A DNA stretch of 64,000 bases from Squalus acanthias (taxonomy: Eukaryota): the NCBI GenBank assembly GCA_030390025.1, contig CM059432.1:12524001-12588000 (forward strand), in the 5' to 3' direction. Both the position numbers and the translations under genes were made by a program. Each line of letters starts with the position of its first letter. Position 1 is the first letter of the stretch. Shown here piece by piece: positions 48,206 to 60,769 of the stretch. The notes beneath the pieces were generated by a model that saw only the letters and a program-made list of their open reading frames with translations, did not search any database and had not been told where the DNA came from.

Positions 48206-50809
48206 GTGGGGGGGGGGCGGGGGTGGGGGCGCAGAATATAATCCCCATAACTTTGGAGTCAATTGTGATTTGGGACAGTTGAACTTTAATAAATATCTTG
48301 CCTCCAGGTCCGAATATAACTGGCCTTTAACATCTAGTTTCAGTGGATGTGCTGAACGTACAGCTGGTACACATCATAAACTCCAGGATTTTTTATATTG
48401 ATCAATTCATACTTCATCTTCAAAGGTACAATGAATCTCCCACATATTCTACGCAATGGCAAGGAACACCAATTGACAACCAGGTCCATGATTTTTGACG
48501 GTGACATTACTCTTGTGAGGACTCAGCAACTTCATTACCGCCACAAGTTCTGAGCTTCACTTGTCCATTTCACACCATTTTCTAGAAAAATCAGTTGTCA
48601 ATTTGATTAAATGTATGTTTCGGGAAAAAAAAAACAGCTACGTGTCGTCCCTCAGATGATTTTCCTGATTCCAAACTTAAGGAAGTCCCTCACGAGCAGT
48701 GTATTTTGTTGGCTATTAAGCTAGCAGCTTTGGGTATGCATTAGTGCGAAAGCTGCAGTACAAAAGTCAGGAATCCGGTTTGTGATTTGACTGAAGCGAG
48801 TGTTGTGAGACCATATTTCATATCATACTGAGTGTGGTATAACTTCAAATTTAAAAAATGCTGAGATAGACCATTATGAAACTCCCAAATGCTCTCACTA
48901 ATGTTAAAAATGAATCTGTCCAGGCAGTGATTATTTGTGCATACATCAAAACACTTACTGGACAGAGTGCAGTCCAGACCAAAATACAGACGGCAGTGTA
49001 ATTTGGATCTACTGAGCGCCGCATTATCCTCACTATTGTGGCAGCCTTAGAATTTGAGTTATATGTAAAGGGCTTTGGTGAGGAGATAAATGTGCAAAGC
49101 AACTATTTCAGATATTTTTCCTTTAAAAACAGCTATATTTACATAATTATTTCAACTTAAATAAGGTGCTAGGTGCTAATTTGTAACATTTGCTAATCAC
49201 ACATTAGTTTATTTTGATTCCTTTAAAAGTATTTTATGTAACTACTCGCTCGTGCCTCCATACCCAAGGGCAGATTTTTCAGATTACCCCCTTGCAGCTC
49301 ATTTCTTTTTGTAGTTATCCTCTTCCTGTAATTTCATTGCTTTCTTTTTGAATGTTCCTTTGTCTGTTTTTGCATTTTGCTCGTCTCTCTCATGTCTGAA
49401 CAGGTGCTGTACGTTAATATAAAGATTCAAGCTTGCTCCAGATACATTTTGCCCAAGCCCAGTGCAAAAGCCCACTTCCAGAGGTAAACCCTCTGAAATG
49501 AAACATGACCTTGTGCACAAAGTATTCTGAGATAACAGCTGCACGAACAACGAACCCTTTTTACGGTTAAGGTATGCGCTGGGAATACTTCAGGACCCCG
49601 CTCCTGGCTGATGGCAACTACCAGACCGCAGCCTGAATTTTCCACGCCTTTTTCTATTGGCATAAATTGGGTAGCCAGGAATGGAAAATAGTTGGGAGAT
49701 CTGCCCCTCCAGAACTCCACCCACTCAGCGCTGTAGCATTGTTTCCAAAGCGAGGCAAGAAAGGCAGCTGCCTCAAATATTAGCTCAGAGATGAGGACAT
49801 CCTTCAAACTATTTCCTGTCATTCTGCTGTGCAAGTTGTGCCCATGTGATGTGGATGTGCAAGGTTGGTAGGGGATGATGAATAAACAGATGAGCGTGAA
49901 AAAGGCACAGTAATATTAAACTGAACGCATAGCAGCCATTTCTTAGCCATTTTCTCTCATATTGCTTTGTTGTATTCCTGCTGGCATTTATGGGTTGGAG
50001 CTTCTTCTTTACTTGCACCAATTTTGGGGAGCAAATGAATGGAAGTTATGGCAGGGAGCTGTTCCTCCAGCTCTTCGATGTCTGCTGCCACTTCTTAGAA
50101 TTCACCTGCCGAATTCTTGAGTGGGTGTACGCCAATTCTAGGTTAGTGACAGGGAAACCTCATTGGCTGAATGCCCGTAGGCAAAAAGTGGCTGTCAATG
50201 GATTTGGATCTGCTGGGAGACCGGTCACCGGTGGTGTTCCCCAGGGTGTTAGGACCCTTGCTGTTTACTGCTTTAATGAATGATCTAGATGTAGGCGTTG
50301 GGGGAGTGATCTGCAAGTTTGCGGATGATACCAAGATATGTGCGAGAGGAGGTTAGGCAAGCAGATCCACATGGGGGATTGGGCCCATGATTGCATACTT
50401 CCTCAGAAGTACCCCAATCACAGTGGGCTAGAATTTCATTAGCACCCAGTTTTGGGCGCGAAGGCGGCAATTCAGCCATAATGGTGCCTGAACTGGAAGC
50501 TTGAGGTAGGCCCAAAATTGGGCTGGAGACACATTTCTCGCAAGCACCACTTCAGCAGCCATAGATATTGTTGCAGCAAACAAGGACTCAGGTACTGGGT
50601 AAAAGATTCACGCCTATACATTGGGTTTCTTTTCCTTCAGCTTTGCTTGTCAGTTCTTAAGCCCCTCCCTCTTTTGCCCTGGGAAAGGCAGCTAAAGTGT
50701 TGATATGTTGTCTGATCCTTTCCAAAGGCTTTCAGAATGTTGTCTTCCTATTCCATTTTATTTTCCCCTTCCCTTCCAGTTTTCTGCTCCCACTACTAGT
50801 TTGCTCACT

Positions 50810-51080
50810 GCAACCTCCCAAACCCGCGACCTCTACCACCTAGAAGGACAAGGGCAGCAGGCGCATGGGAACACCACCACCTGCAAGTTCCCCTCCAAGT
50901 CACACGACTTCGAAGTATATCACTGTTCCTTCATCGTTGCTTGGCCAAGATCCAAAAAACTCCCTCCCTAACAGCACTGCAGCGGTTCAAGAAGGCAGCT
51001 CACCACCACCTTCTCAAGGGCAATTAAGGAGGGGCAATAAATGCTGGCCTTGCCAGCGACACCCACATCCCGTGAATGAA
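50810..51080 (+). mobile_element. 3' end of the second LINE family (as 1451-2468)
   Basis: GCATGGGAACACCACCACCTGCAAG..GCAATAAATGCTGGCCTTGCCAGCGAC. Confidence 0.85.
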
Positions 51081-51194
51081 AGAGCAGTCGCGCTTAGTTC
51101 CACTTCCATGCATTTTGTACGTAACTCTGTAAGTTCCTCATCCTCAAGTACCTGTCCAACTCCCTTTTAAAATTATTTACGGAATCAGCTTCCA

Positions 51195-51545
51195 TTCAAA
51201 TCCCTCCAAGGCCTTGCCCTTCCCTATCTGTGTAAACTCCTCCAGCCCAACAACCCTCTGAGATATCTGCGCTCCTCTAATTCTGGTCCTTTTAGCATCC
51301 TCAAATTTAATCGCTCCACCATTGCTGGCTGTGCCTTCAGCTGCCGAGGCCCTAAGCTCTGGAATTTCCTCCCTAAACCTCTCCGCCTCTCTACCTCCCT
51401 TTCCTCATTTAAGAAGCTTCTTAAAACCTTCCTCCTCATCTGCCCTAATATCTGATGGCTTGGTTTTATAACGCTCCTGTGGAGCGCCTTGGGATGTTCT
51501 ACTATGTTAAAGGTGCTATATAAATAAAAGTTGTTGTTGTTCTTG
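51195..51545 (+). mobile_element. L2 3' fragment
   Basis: TTCAAATCCCTCCA..CTCTGGAATT..TATAAATAAAAG(TTG)n. Confidence 0.82.
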
Positions 51546-52384
51546 TTGTAGAGCGTTCCAGATCCCGACTGCCCTTTATGATGCAAATTTACACAACCTG
51601 GACTAGAACTTATGTTCTTATTGTCCCATTCCCCTAATTACCTAAATATAGTCAGACCACTTTATAAGCTTTATGGAGTGGTTTTATCTGTACAGAGAGT
51701 TTAAGCCAGGATGGACTTGTTGGGTTTGGTGAGCTCCATCACTGAAGCAAATTTTTAAAAAAAGCACAGGACCAGTAATAGCCCAGCTCTGCCCAGCCTG
51801 CCAAGGCTAAAGAATAGGGCTGACTTTCGTGTCCATTTGGATACTGCCAGATGTAAAATTAAACATAAATAAGTTCTGTCTGATCTTTGGCTAATTTCGG
51901 TCCCGTGAAAGCTGGAAGCCCCTATTAGCAGCAGCTAGAAAAGGGGTTTGGAAGGCTCCTACTCTGTGGCCAATGGGTCTGTTGGGCACTAAAGTTAAAG
52001 CACATCCAGCAAACCTCTCAGATGGGAGACTAATAACAAAATTTTAAGGTAAGTATTTTTTGCCCATTTCTGAGCTCTTTTAGATCTACTTTTTTTCCAT
52101 CTACGGGTTCTTTGGTTTTTCATGATCCTTTGTGCCGGTTTTCATTGCATTTATTTCCCCTCCGCGGTTCCTCTTACTGGTACCAATAGGTTTCCCATTG
52201 CAAAGCCTTTTGAGATAATTTATTTGGAAGAAGAGGACCATCAATGCGGGGGGGGGGGGGGGGGGGGATGTCAAGGAGTTAGATTGTCCAAAGGATGCAT
52301 CAGCAGAGAAAGGTAAAATTACCTCGCTTTGGCAGACATAGTGCTAGTGGAGGCATCTCTTTCCGAAGGAACCTCTGCCAACAG

Positions 52385-52538
52385 GGCATTGGATAAATGC
52401 TTGAAGGAGAAAAAATTGCAGTGATATGGGGAAAGGGCGGGGGAGTGGGACTAACTGGATTGCTCTTCAAAAGAGCTGACGCAGACTCGATGGGCCGAAT
52501 GGGCTCCTTCTGTGCTGTGCTATTCTATGATTCTATGA
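52385..52538 (+). mobile_element. CR1 3' UTR
   Basis: (ATTCTATG)2 tail. Confidence 0.85.
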
Positions 52539-52859
52539 TAAGACCCTTGACAGTTTCACTATGATATTTGAATGCCTGACTAACTGTTATGCTGATGGTT
52601 CATCAGAAGCACCCCAATTACAACAGCTCACGCTTTACGTGCATGGCAGGGAGATCAAGAGCTAATGTTACCTGATTGGCTGCACCTGCCAAAATGCCGT
52701 CAACCATTTCTACAGGTGCTGGCTCACCTATCCGCCAATGACCATTGGAGCCTTACTTGTTAGGGTCGGGTCAGCAGAGAGCAGGCAAAGAGCTGGCACA
52801 GTGCTGCAGGGACAGTAATGTTCAGCTGCAGCCCGAAACGTGTCTGCACCTCCTTTGAG

Positions 52860-52990
52860 TCATGTTGCAATGCCGACCTCTGGAGATGATATCCTGGAAT
52901 GGCACAGAGGGATACGCTACCTTGCAAACACCTCATGCAGCAGAACCTCGACCTCAGGAGCATCAAACAGGGCTCAACTGCAGACTCATG
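52860..52990 (-). pseudogene. Possible second Myb/SANT relic (N-terminal helix)
   Basis: Hand translation FDAPEVEVLLHEVFAR*RI resembles the RF...E.E.L...V..R...L start of Harbinger Myb-like proteins. Confidence 0.35.
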
Positions 52991-53791
52991 CTTGCACCTA
53001 GGGTTTCAATTGTGCCTGTCACTTCTTAATCTCCTACCCCCTCTCGACCTTGGCAAAGGCTGGTGATGGATCAAAATGCCTTTTAAGGATCTCCAAAAGC
53101 TTTCTGAATTTTTGTCCCTGCATTGCGACATTCTTCTTTGATTGTCCCCATTCCTTTAAATTTGAATTACAAACAATTTTCCTCGCACACCACTCGTGCC
53201 AACCGTCCTCCGATTCTGTAGCCCGTGCTGTAAATAATTTTGCAAGTGAGCTTAGATCAGAGAATTGAGTGCAGTTACTGCTTATCTTTTGGGTGGGATT
53301 AGCATCAGTTCTAAACCATGTAGAACTGACTTAATACTGAAAACAAAAATCGGCCTCAACGTGTTGTCGTCTTTCATATTGCAAGGCTTTGCTAAATCAG
53401 AAGCCTGGTGCAATGACCAGAAATGAGAGATAACAATAATCAAAATGTACGGTGATTGGGTTTAATCTACTTAGAAAAATTGCTAAATCTTTGTACTCAT
53501 AGGGGGAGAAATTGGTCCATGACCGTTTTCGAGTGCTGAATCAGCACTGGAACGCAGCCCGCGCCCAAACACGTGGGCACTGTCAAACTTAGACAGTGGC
53601 CCACCTGCCTAATTAACATTGAATAGTCGGCTGCCAGCAATACTTGCACTGACCATAGGTAGCGCGCCTAATGGGGGTTGTTGGTGAGGGGTGGCAATAT
53701 CGCGCATTCCTGACAGCATTTAAAAGCAGCCTTAAATGGGAATTGCACTGGCTGCTGTATACTGCTGTAATCTGCCGTGGAGACTTCAGAA

Positions 53792-54435
53792 ATGCCAGAA
53801 ACAGCTGCTGTGAGGACTCCCAGATTCTCAGTTGCTGCACTGGGGTCCTGGTGAAGGCGGTCTGCAGGGGGAGTTAAGTGTTGCTCCTGCCGGAGGCTGG
53901 AGACTGTCCCAGCAAGTGACCAGACAACAAGAGGTGGTGGAGGAGGTCAATATGAGCAGCATAGCACCCAGGACCTGGGTGCAATGTCGCAAGAAGTTTA
54001 ATGACCTCACCAGGCTGGCTAAGGTAAGACTCCTAAATTATATTTCGCATTACTCTTTCCTGAGCTCTGCTCCACCTGTAGTCCCACTACTCATAAGCCG
54101 TTCCTCCCCACTCTTCCCTTCACTGAAGCACACTTCTCTCCATTTCCTTCTCCTACTATTGCCACAATCTGCCACTCACCTCACTATTACTTCCCTCACT
54201 TTCCTACACCTCTGCACTTCTGACACCTTTCACACAATATCCACACTTCGACCATGACATATACATCCTCAAGACACCTTGCTAGACTACCACTATTTCT
54301 CTATTACTCCCTTATTTCTTGCAGGACAAGTTGGTGCACAATACTGGGAGCAAGCTCAGACAGGAGGGAAGAGAGCACACATCGATGTGCTGTCCCCACT
54401 GGAGGAAAAAGTCCTAGACATCGTGGGCAGTGGGT
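53792..54435 (+). pseudogene. Harbinger Myb/SANT-like DNA-binding protein (NAIF1/MSANTD-type), two recognisable exons
   Basis: Exon 53792-54023: MPETAAVRTPRFSVAAL/VLVKAV..EVVEEVNMSSIAPRTWVQCRKKFNDLTRLAK, then AAG|GTAAGA. Acceptor TTCTTGCAG| at 54324, then DKLVHN/..EQAQTGGKRAHIDVLSPLEEKVLDIVG. Frameshifted. Confidence 0.8.
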
Positions 54436-54819
54436 GAGTCAGGCCCGCTGGCACTGGTGAGGCTGGAGGACAAATCCCACACAGTTTCTGCGCATCTTTT
54501 TCCCTTCCCACTCCAATAGGACCCTACACGCGCTACATGACAAAATGCAACTACTTTCAGCAGTCATTCATCAGTCTCTGCTTACCCTTGCCACTAACAG
54601 TCCATTTCAGCCATTTCAGGTCCAGAATCTTTACAAGGCCATGGGCAATCAGAGAAAGATGATGTCAGCGCAATCGAAGATGAAGTGTCACTCAACCAGA
54701 CACCAGCTCAGATACTGGCACCCAGTGTAGTTTAGAGGGTAGACTCGACAGATCTGCATGGGGAGACACACTGAGCGCTAGTGCACTGGAGCAAAGGCAG
54801 GAGTACAGGATGGCCCAGG

Positions 54820-56222
54820 AGGTAGCATTACTGGTTAAAGAGGAGATTAACACAATAGTAAGGAAGGATATTAGCTCTGATGATGTGGAATCTGTATGGG
54901 TAGAGCTGAGAAATACCAAGGGGCTGAAAACGTTAGTGGGAGTTGTATACAGACCCCCCAAACAGTAATGCTGAGGTTGGGGATGGCATTGAACAGGAAA
55001 TTAGAGACGCGTGTAATAAGGGCACAGCAGTTAACATGGGTGACCTTAATCTACATATAGATTGGGCTAACCAAATTAGTAACAATACTGTGGAGGAGGA
55101 ATTCCTAGAGTGTATACGGAATGGTTTCCTGGACCAATATGTCGAGGAACCAACTAGAGATCAGGCCATCTTAGACTGGGTATTATGTAATGAGAAAGGA
55201 TTAATTAGCAATCTTGTTGTTCGAGGCCGCTTGGGGAGGAGCGATCATAATATGATAGAATTCTTCATTAAGATGGAGAGTGAAGTAGTTGACTCAGAGA
55301 CGAGGGTCCTGAATTTAAATAAAGGAAACTACGATGGTATGAGGCGCGAGTTGGCTAGGATGGATTGGGGAACATTACTTAAAGGGTTGACATGGATAGG
55401 CAATGGCAAACATTTAAAGATTGCATTGATGAACTACAGAATTTGTTCATCCCTGTCTGGCATAAAAATAAAATAAAAAAGGTGGCGCAACCGTGGCTAA
55501 CAAGGGAAATTAGGGATAGCATAAGATCCAAGGAGAGGACATATAAATTGGCCAGAAAAAGCAGCAAACCTGAGGCTTGGGAGCAGTTTAGGATTCAGCA
55601 AAGGAGGACAAAGGGATTAATTAAGAGGGGGGAAATAGAGTATGAGAGTAAGCTTGCAAGGAACATAAAAACTGACTGTAAAAGCTTCTATAGATCTGTG
55701 AAGAGAAAAAGATTGGTGAAGTCAAGCGTAGGTCCCTTGCAGTCAGAATCAGGGGAATTTATAATGGGGAACAAAGAAATGGCTGACCAATTAAATACAT
55801 ACTTTGGTTCTGTCGTCACAAAGGAGGACACAAATAACCTCCCAGAGATGTCGGGGAACATAGGGTCTAATGAGAGGGAGGAACTGAATGAAATCAGTAT
55901 TTGTAGGGAAATGGTGTTAGGGAAATTGACGGGATTGAAGGCTGATAAACCCCATGGGCCTGATAATCTACATCCTAGGGTACTTAAGGAAGTGGCCCTA
56001 GAAATAGTAGATGCATTGCTGGTCATCTTCCAAAATTCTATAGACTCTGGCACAGTTCCCATGGATTGGAGGGTAGCTAATGTAACCCCACTATTTAAAA
56101 AAGGTGGTAGAGAGAAAACGGGGAATTATAGACCGGTAAGCCTGACATCGGTAGTGGGGAAAATGCTAGAGTCCATTATAAAAGATGTAATAGCAGAGCA
56201 CTTGGAAAACAGTGACAGGATC
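54820..56222 (+). mobile_element. CR1 endonuclease and tether fragment lacking its RT and 3' end
   Basis: ESVWVEL..MGDLN..SDHNMI..GPDNLHPRVLKE..NYRPVSLTSVVGK. Confidence 0.94.
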
Positions 56223-56417
56223 AAGAGAAAAGAGACCCAGCCTGTTTGTCCTTTCCTGATAGGTGTAACCTCGCATTTTTGGTATCATCCTTGTAAAACT
56301 TTTTTGCACCCTCTCCAGTGCCTCTATATCCTTTTTATAATATGGCGACCAGAATTGTACACAGTACTCCAAGTGTGGTCTAACCAAGGTTTGATACAAG
56401 TTTAGCATAACTTCTCT
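56223..56417 (-). mobile_element. CR1 RT C-terminal fragment, convergent with the previous copy
   Basis: MLNLYQTLVRPHLEYCVQFWSPYYKKDIEALERVQ. Confidence 0.9.
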
Positions 56418-56546
56418 AGTAGTCCAACTCCAATATGCATGGGGTCTTCATGCAGGCCATCGCAACACTAGTCAGTCAGGGAGCAAGTGGTCAGCCGTGA
56501 ACACGGCAGGTGGGCCCACAGCAATGGAGACTCAGATGGCAGTTCT

Positions 56547-56746
56547 AACATAAGAACATAAGAAATAGGAGCAGGAGTAGGCCATTCGGCCCTTTGAGCC
56601 TGCTCCGCCATTCAATGAGATCATGGCTGATCTTCTGCCTCAACTCCATTCACCGGCCCTACCGCCATATCCCTTGATGCCTTTACTAGTCAGAAATCTA
56701 TCAACTTCTGTTTTGAATATACCCAATGACTGAGCCTCCACAGCCT
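56547..56746 (-). mobile_element. CR1 3' UTR
   Basis: (AACATAAG)n tail plus UTR. Confidence 0.88.
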
Positions 56747-56932
56747 TGTAAAACTTTGCTGGGAGCTTAGACTGGTGCCATCTCTTCTCGCTTTCAAGCC
56801 ATGAAGGATGCTATGGGAAAAGGACTTTGAGATCCTCACATCACTCCTGCTCTCTGTTCTCAGGCAGAGCCAGTGGGAGTGCTGAGGCTCAGCCCCATGG
56901 GAGTGGCAATGGTGTCAGGGGCAAGGCACATG

Positions 56933-57657
56933 GGGGGAAAAATTCAGCTGCTTGCGCCTCCCGTTAGCGCCTTAAATGGGCGCTAATGGGGCGTAAAGCA
57001 GCTAACGCCCGGGCGCAGCGCCGCCCACGCCTCCCGAAAAATTTAGTGGGAGGTTAGCGGCGGCGGCAGCCGGTAGCGCCCTGTGGCGCTGCGCCGCCGG
57101 CGATGACGTCATCGCCGTGCGCAGCGCCCCGCTCGCGCCCCGGCCGTGATCTTCAGTCGCGCCCCCTGATTTACCGCCAGACGCTATGTCCGACGGGTTC
57201 AGGGGGGCGTACGTGCGGCCGGGGCGGCGATATTTAAAGGGGAGGTGGCAGGCGGCCATTTTTGTTGCTGGCCGCCTGCCAGCACCTGCCCCCGTTGCTG
57301 TCCCCGGCCCCCGTGAAGCCCCCCCAGCGTGAAGTGCCGGCTGCGCTCCAAGAGCCCGGCACTTCTCTTGAGTGCCGGGCTCTTTTGCCGGCACTCCCGA
57401 TCCCTGGGAGCCCAGCTGGGCCCCGGTTCGCGCTGCGCAAGGCCCCTCCCCTTTAAGAAAAATTAGCGGCCCCGCGCCAGGATATTCACTCGCAGCGCCC
57501 CAAGAGGGATGCGGGGTGCTTCCAGTTGCGCCCCGCTTCCCTCTTGGGGCGCAACCACTGAAGTTCCGGCGCGGGGCCGCTAATTTTTTCGGGGCGCTAA
57601 AAGTCGCGCCCCGGCGAGGTTAGCGCCCCAAATGGGGCGCGACTCAATTTTTACCCC
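56933..57657 (-). mobile_element. MITE family A, second copy
   Basis: ATG|GGGGGAAAAATT...AATTTTTACCCC|ATG; reverse complement of 2768-3541 except for one internal replacement. Confidence 0.88.
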
Positions 57658-58181
57658 ATGGTGTTTTCTCTCAGGATGGCAGCATGCCAGCTACCCCATC
57701 AGCCTCTCAACCAGTGCCCTTGTTGGTGCCAAGCAGCAAGCTCAGGCAGTGCCCTGGCTGCTGCCGAGATACAGCAGTCTGCAGTTGGGCCTCTGCGCCC
57801 AGAGTTGCTCGAGGTCGCCCAGTACGGCCATCTCAAGTGTCCTCATTGGAAGTTCAGCAATCCTCCCCCTCATAAGCTCCAGCCACAGAGAACCATGTTG
57901 TAGGATTATCAGAATAGAGAAAAGAACACACAAGCCAGGCACCAGGGCTTTGCACTATGGTGATTTTTAGTTGTCTGTTGTTAATTTTGGGGAATAATTA
58001 AATTAAGAATAACTCACCTTCTTTTGTTTTTTGTTAATTGTGCTGTTAGTTTAACTTTCCTAATGATGGCACTGGGAGATCCAAGAAGGTTTACACTTTG
58101 AGGGCATTAATGTGGTGGCTGTAAGGACCTTGGTGAGATGGGAGGAGGGGCTGTTGGTGCATTGGAGAGGGGAGAGAATCT

Positions 58182-58240
58182 TCAGGTAAACCTCTCCTCG
58201 ATTATATTTACGGCCTCACAACTCTGGCAGCAGTTCCTGG
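58182..58240 (-). pseudogene. Harbinger transposase extreme C-terminus
   Basis: GTAARVVR/(frameshift)IIEERFT* resembles the A..VR..LI..RF* end of HARBI1-type nucleases. Confidence 0.45.
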
Positions 58241-58249
58241 TCTCCCAAT

Positions 58250-58612
58250 GCCTCAAATTTAAAATTCTCAATCTTGTGTTTAATTCCCTTCACAAACCTT
58301 GCCCCCCTTCCTAAATCTGTAATCCTCTCCAGCTCTACTACCCTCCCAAACTCTCTGTTCCTCTGATTCTGGCTGCATGTGTAGTTCCTCCCTGCTTCGC
58401 CCCAACATTGGCGGTCATGCTTTCAGCCACCTAGGCTTCATGCTATGGAATTCCTTCCCTAAACGCTTCCACCTCTCCAGCTCCCTCCCCTCTTTTAAAG
58501 CCCACTTTTATGACCCCTCCCAATATCTTCTGCTTTGGCTTGGTGTCCATTTTGTGCTGATTACCTTGGAATATTTTTTACTTTAAATGCGTTATATAAA
58601 TTCAAGTTGTTA
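58250..58612 (+). mobile_element. L2 3' fragment
   Basis: TTTAAAATTCTC..CTATGGAATTCC..TATAAATTCAAGTTG. Confidence 0.78.
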
Positions 58613-58939
58613 TCTTCATGCTGATAGGCTTTCCATTAGGAATGAGCTCAGAACTAAATTATGATATATTTGTGTAAATCCTTATCTCTCAGATTTGGAT
58701 GCAGAATGCTTCAAATTACACTTCAGGTGTTAATTGGGTGCCATTTCATTTTTAAAGTAAAAGCACAAATGACACTTGCTAAAATGCAATTAAGACTAAC
58801 AATCCCCAGGGCAAAGTACCATTAAACTTTAGTTTCCCCAAAGTTTAAATCATCCAAATCAGAATTTGGTTGAGAATAACTACTTATTCCTATCTTTTAT
58901 GCAGTTTCCTCCTCTTTTCTACACCTTGCTCCACTTTTT

Positions 58940-59760
58940 CCGCACCCTACTTAACTTTCCATTTACTTCACATTTTGCCAGGTTCAGTTGGCTTTCCGTA
59001 ATTCCCTGAAGAAATCATTCTTGCTCCAATAGGATTCAAGGACAACTGAGTCAGTGTAACTTGACCAGGACAATCAACAGTAAGCATATTCTTTGGCGAT
59101 TGATTCCTTCCATCGAAACTTACTTTGTGTGACCTATACCAAAAAACAGAAAAGATACTTTATTTCCTACACTGACCTATCAGTGAAGTTGTTGTGTAAG
59201 TGAAACCTTAGCTTTTATCCTGCAAGGGAACTGAGAATATTCAGGGTATTCATGAAAATGTGACGCTCAGTCTATCACAGAAGGAGACTCAAGTTTCAGT
59301 GCAACACTGTTCCTTCAGGGGGTGAGTGTATGAAGTTACTAATGGTGTATGTGATGGTGTTTGCCTTCACAGAGTCTGTGATGATGGCTGGTGATTGATG
59401 ACTTGCAGGTAGTTCAGTAATGTGTGCTATGAATATCTATTACAGTCACAGGACTTGAGACCAGTGCCAACATCAATAATAAAAAAAGAAACATTGAATG
59501 GGAACTTTTTATAAACAGGCCAGGGCACAATACAATTTGGATTGATGCGCAGTAATTGTTCAGTGATAAGCAGCACGACATTTTGAAATACCTAAGGGGC
59601 CTTCTTTTCCATCTTGCTCTGATATTGGGAGTAATTGTTTTTTTTTGTATATCACTCATCAAAAGTGTCTCTACTGTTGTCCTTATACTTTGTGGTACAA
59701 TGTTACATGTTCTCCTCACTCCTGTGAAATTTCAAACTTCGACTCACCCCTGTGAAAGCA
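58940..59760 (-). pseudogene. Possible ancient Gypsy-type pol relic (protease/RT start)
   Basis: Colinear fragments TG..CNIVP, YKKFPFNVSFFIID..GLKSC, IHSP.RNSVALK and LNLAKCE. Very degraded. Confidence 0.35.
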
Positions 59761-60769
59761 TAAAATTCAAAACAAGACTCGCGCTGTGTGTCGTTTCAAG
59801 TTGTTGCAATCTATTTTTCATTACTCTCTTAAAAATAGAAAGTTCAACCAACTAGAAAAATTTAATTAGGTTACAACTTGGTGCAAACCAAACCTTTGAT
59901 GGAGGTACTTAAAGTAGCATCGCCACCTTTTAATAATGTGCGCTGTGAGACGTTATCTAGATTTGTAAAGATTTGTATTGATGTGGCGATAAGATACGTG
60001 ATTGCTGTAATTCTGAATTTTTTTGTTCGGTCAAGGTACTTGACACACATGGTAGCTCATTACCATGCTTAGGAGTCTCCAAACCAAGCCACTATTTCTG
60101 TTTGCCTACTCTCTCCTTATAGTTGCACCTTACCTAAGTCCGAAGAGCTTAGGTGCAGGTTGGGAATGACCAAGGCCACAGGAACCTCTAAATAAGCTCA
60201 GGGGTACTGCTGAAGTTTAACCAGCTTAAACCGCACAACCAATGAGCATAGTGATAAGCTGGTAAGTATCACACTCCTTGTCCAACCAGGACCATCTCAG
60301 ATACTTTGGTTGGTAAGATCTGGAGATAAGATCCAACTGGGAAGAATCATAGCAGGTAAAATTAACACATTAGGCTGCTGGTCAACCATCAACAGTGCCC
60401 GGAGGTACTGTGGATCTGCATTACTGAATCTGCAGCAGAGGGTTGACTCAGTTCCAATTTATGACATCTAGTTGCTCATTAGACACTGAGCTTTGTGCCC
60501 TTTCTAGAGGGACAAAAGGTATCAGGAACCCCTGAAGAATATCATTTTGAGCACCACAACTCACTATAAAACTTGCCACTACATTTCCACTGTCTCCATC
60601 AGCACAGTATTGACCCAGACCACAAGCCATTTATCTGTGGCTGCAGTAGTTAGAGGTGCAGAACTTCAGCAGTAGCTGCTTACTGGTACGCATCAGACCC
60701 TGAACATATGAACATGTTTCACAGCAACACCTTCCACCAGTTATCATCCAAGTCTCAGACCTTGCCTCA

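Larger units (their letters stand above)
53502..58245 (+). mobile_element. Decayed two-gene PIF/Harbinger transposon with nested CR1s and a MITE
   Basis: Left end GGGGGAGAAATT, an intron-containing Myb/SANT gene on +, and a convergent transposase C-terminus on - at 58182-58240. Right part lost. Confidence 0.6.
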
